NCBI GenBank assembly: GCA_964199315.1
Contig: OZ116700.1
Location: forward strand, 10,354,001-10,418,000
Direction of reading: 5' to 3'
DNA length: 64,000 bases
Source: Orbicella franksi
Taxonomy: Eukaryota
Shown here piece after piece: positions 59,792 to 64,000 of this stretch (position 1 is its first letter; every line of letters starts with the position of its first letter). The translations under genes and the position numbers were made by a program. The notes beneath the pieces were generated by a model. It was not told where the DNA came from and did no database searches. It was given only the letters and a program-made list of their open reading frames with translations.

Positions 59792-62120
59792 TTAATCTTC
59801 AACTGCTTTGAGTTCTGGACAGCCCAGAGCTATGTACTGTTCATCCAGAGAACTCTCCAAATACCAAAAAGTTCCTTGTGGGTCTAATGTAAATTCTATC
59901 AAATCTTTCCGTTTCCATTTGAGTTGGTGCAATGAGACCTATGAATAGTGCCGATTCACTCGCGACTTTGCTGTCCTAACGAAACTTGTAAAACAGTAGA
60001 TATGAAACTGATAATTCAGTGATAAACTCAGCGTGTTGATAGTTTCCGGAAATTGAACCTATGCTCTTTGGGGAAAAATTGGCTCCGTTATATAATTTAC
60101 CGAGTACCTCACCTCGTCAGATATCGACGAAAGCGGAACGCACTCACCTTTGGAATGCCAAATCCAAGACTTGAGCCTCGTGGGAAAAGATTACTGGCTT
60201 CTCAATAGTTTCATTCAATAAATCCAACATAAGATAGCAATCAATTATTCACAGCTACTTGACTGAAGAAACGGCTTCTTCTCCAACAAAGTTCAAGGTC
60301 TCTCCGCCTAACAGTTAGTTATTAAATACCCGCCAATGAATAATGCCTGTGCCATCGGAGATGTGATTACACATTGTTGTAGGCGCGAACTTCCGACCTG
60401 CCAGTGTGTGTGCCAGTCACAAAAAAGACAATGACCTCACGGTTTGTATCGAGGCCCCACCAGGAGCAGGCAGTGTTTAAAGTCCCTCCCAAGTCCCTCC
60501 CAACCAATTACAGCTTATGTTATCTTTAGTAGTCTACGTCTAGGTCGAGGGGCTTTTTTACGATGTCACGCTGTTTTACCAGCATGTTGTAAGTCTCAAT
60601 GGCCAGTGACACTACCACGCAATTCAATAAAGCAACTTTCCCTCATCATGGTGAGCTACCTCGAGTTCTTCTTTCACCGTTGCTAAACTCTTAGGTAAAC
60701 ACAACTCGAAACTGAACCTTTGGCAGAAAAAAATGACTCGACTTGGAACCAAGCATGCTTCCACTCGATTGCTATTGACTTTGTTTAGCATTCCAACCCT
60801 CTTCAACAATGTGGGTGATCCATTGTGTAATAACAAACTTTTCGAAGTTTAACGCACATTATCTGTTCTCTGTTTTTTTGTTATGTCGTCTTGTTTTGTT
60901 AACCTTGAAAATTGCTTTGAGTGATAGCTTTATCATTCCCCCGTGTAGAGGGTTTGTTAACTTATCTCCAACAAGGTGAGAACGAGGTGATGAGGGTTTG
61001 ACTAATGTTTCATTTCCTTTACGTTATCTCTGTTGATAAGAGGTGGATCTCTGCTATCAGCAGTTGCAGTTTGTTTATACAGCGAGAGCTTATTTGTCAA
61101 CAGGAATTTCAAGTGAAAATGGGAACATTCGTCCTACAAGGTCAGTACCTTAACGACCTATTTCCTGTAACAATAACCACAATTCAGGAATTTTTGGATG
61201 TGGCGTTGACACACGCCTTTCAAACGTTTGATAACTGTAATCTAGAAGTGGCTGCCTGCCATTTCAAACAATTGTAGACATCTTGTAGTCGTTTATTTTG
61301 GCTCCTATTTGTGTCTTTGTTGTTAGTTCCAGATTAAACCTATCTTATCGATCAGTGGTGTGATCAACTCATCTTTTTACTCCCAAGAGCGCCCAAGTTC
61401 AACTGGTCAAATATAGCATTCGGTGTATCGTTTCACCCAATAATGAAAAACGAATTGTGCCATATTTAATACTGCGAGGTAGCATCCACATTAATAGTCA
61501 TTCATTGAGCTTTTATTCACAAGCTTACAAGTTGACGCGATGTCTAGCTCTGGGACCAGCACAATTAGAATTAGCTATCCGAGTTTCTTCCTTCGGCTAG
61601 ATAAGAATAGCGTTCCGATAACAATGAGGTGCAGGTTTCGGTTGCACACTCCTCAAATGTCTTGCAAACTAAAATCAGGTATAGTTCATGGACCTCCTGT
61701 TCTCTGTTGAGGACAATGTTTTTGCAGCATTCAAAGTGCTCACGAGGTATTCTGTTTGCCTGGTAAAACAAATTGGTAAAACTGAAAAAACACTGAGAAT
61801 CACTTATGCCTACTGTTCAAAACTCAAAGATTCTTGCTTTAAGTGCTTTGTGAACGCTAACTAATACGTGCACCAACTTTGCCATCAACTGAATTGCCTG
61901 GGCCCCTTGGAAGTTCCGGTCAAGATATGTAAGTTATGTAGGTGCACCTTTGACAACTTCTGACAACATTCCAGCCTCTTTGGGAATTCTATCACGTTCT
62001 CAGCAGAGATATGAAAATTGTTACATCGATCGCATAAGAGATTAAAATCACTGTCACTCATTAGCGCAAAGTGCTCTTCAAACAAAGAAACCTGTTGTTA
62101 GCTTTTGACTTATACAATGT
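59792..62120 (-). pseudogene. Decayed multi-exon gene of unrecognised family
   Basis: GT-AG-bounded, phase-compatible exon pairs: ..61948 to 61759 (phase 0), 60660 to 60307 (phase 1), 60148 to 59975 (phase 2). The reading frame is preserved across junctions but has several in-frame stops. Confidence 0.6.
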
Positions 62121-64000
62121 CACATGACTAGGCATTTTGCCCATGTTATTGTCTTTTGTGTCGATAGAGGCGTTCCACGATTGTGGTCCTGAAATAGAAG
62201 AGTCGTGCAAATTTTTCCCACGGTAAAATTTCAATAGCTGGTACATGGAGCACAATTGAAAGGCTAAATTAAATTAACTTCATTTTCTACCATAAGCTAT
62301 TCAGTGCTTCATAAAAGGAGTTAATTAAATTGCGCGAGCCAAGCCTTCGAGGTAAACTCGTTCACTTCAAACAAAAAATTGGGAGGCCAATAAAAGAACG
62401 CGTCTTAACTGTAGATCACGTCTTCGGTTTACGTTGCGGCTATTGAAGAAACAAAAGGCTGCTTTACTCAAACAATATGAAAAAAAGGGGCTCTCTAAAT
62501 CCCTTCAATTTGAAACAGCTTGTTTTATCCATTATAATCCGCTGTTTCAATTTGAAACCTCAGCTTGTTTTTATCCGTTATAATCCATTGATTCCAACTT
62601 AGAATCGGAAATGCTACAAAAGCACACATGCTAATAAGGAAAGCAGCTGATTTGCTACCTAACAGGTGCGTTAGGTGGGCAATAGCCTTATTTGACTGCG
62701 CAATTTTACTATAGACGAGTCATTGTTCATAGAGCATTTCTGAGCACGCAACTCCCAGCTGTTGGCTCATTTATTTGTTTTTCGGTTCCTTTTTATGGTC
62801 TAGAAGTCAGCTGTCACTCCAGCAGTTGCGCTAGCAAGGGCAGTGAAATCACCAATGTTTATGTATCAATTATGGTAACCTTGTTTTGTCGCGTGGTTGC
62901 TGTTTTACCACTTGATTCAAACAAAGCTAGCAATGAATCATCAACGTTATGAGTTTTTTTTTCCTTAAAACTTCTTAGCAGCCCCCTCGCAAAATGAAAT
63001 TGTAGTCCTTTCGAAAACATTTCGTTACGTTTTCAACTGATTTTACGCCCTTGTTTCGTCGCTAAATCTTGTGGTTTTATCACTATTACTCTGCCATTCA
63101 TTCATTAAGGTTTCGTTATTTTTAACATCTTAGCACGGAAACTTGTGTTGGCCTTTGTGTGTGACGAAGCACCATTATTACTTTGCAGCTATTAATACTG
63201 TTACTCGTAAACTTCAGCGTTTGTCAGCCACGTTTTTCATCCTTAATTGACAACAATATCTTATTACTAGGTGAAGTGCCTTCTAAATCATTAATTAGTT
63301 CATGAACAGCAAATCCATGAAACCAAGCGACTGGTAGACACATGCCCGAAGCCAATGGATTTGCGAATTATCACGTTTGTTATGATTTCAAGATACGTCA
63401 TTCAGTAAATAATTTTTTGCCCGCGGTCTACTATCAGAGGCGCTCTGGACCGGCCGGCGAAACGTATTTCCTTGTTGATTTACAACTACAAATTGTTCAC
63501 CTTCATTTTGATAATGCGATCACAATACCCAAAGTCCCCGTGTTCATTATCTTTTTTGTCACCGACCGGTTTAAACTTCAAGGCATAATGCTTCTATTTG
63601 TTCGCATTTATCAGGGTAAATGGATAATCGGGTGATATAATGGTTTCGCTTGTCCAAGATTAACTCAGCGGATGTTTCTTATGAGTTAAAGTTGCAGCAT
63701 TAGACGGATTAGAATGTTTGATAACAACGAGAGTTTTTCTCAAATATTTCTTGTTAGGGCCTAGGGTAGATTAAACTGTTTTACAATATATGGGAGTAAA
63801 TAGAATCCGCAACGGGAAAATATCTTCACTCTATTTACTTTTAAAAAATAAACAATCTAAATTGCAGGCAAATAATAACTTAAACTTGCAAGCAAACATG
63901 GGCAATTTTATAAATACCTTCCCCTAACTACGAAAACTTACCTAAGACGTCTCCTTTGCTTGTACTTCACTAGCGAGAAGGCAAGCAGAAGTGACAGATG

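Noticed and set aside
1-64000. CRISPR arrays, rRNA or bona fide tRNA genes
   Set aside because: None seen; tRNA-like boxes belong to SINE heads and the DNA is eukaryotic.

Overview
Animal genomic DNA, most likely a scleractinian coral (inferred from the repeat families). (1) Bases 97-19922, minus strand: the coatomer beta-prime gene COPB2. I assembled 25 coding exons by hand (827 codons, all GT-AG, phases consistent); the last exon(s) lie left of the window. (2) Three COPB2 introns each hold one copy of a ~145-nt H/ACA snoRNA whose 3' pocket matches the 28S rRNA target of vertebrate U68/SNORA68. (3) Intron 6 holds a 4.87-kb, apparently intact Ngaro/PAT-type tyrosine-recombinase retrotransposon in sense orientation (A1-gag-RT/RNaseH-YR-B1-A2-B2). 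(4) About 35 kb without an intact gene (MITEs, SINEs, Penelope and Harbinger remnants, decayed exon-like modules) separates COPB2 from an intronless FoxL2 at 55113-55997, minus strand. This echoes the vertebrate FOXL2-MRPS22-COPB2 neighbourhood. (5) Upstream of FoxL2 lies a decayed multi-exon gene of unknown family. Most other short ORFs in the supplied track appear spurious.
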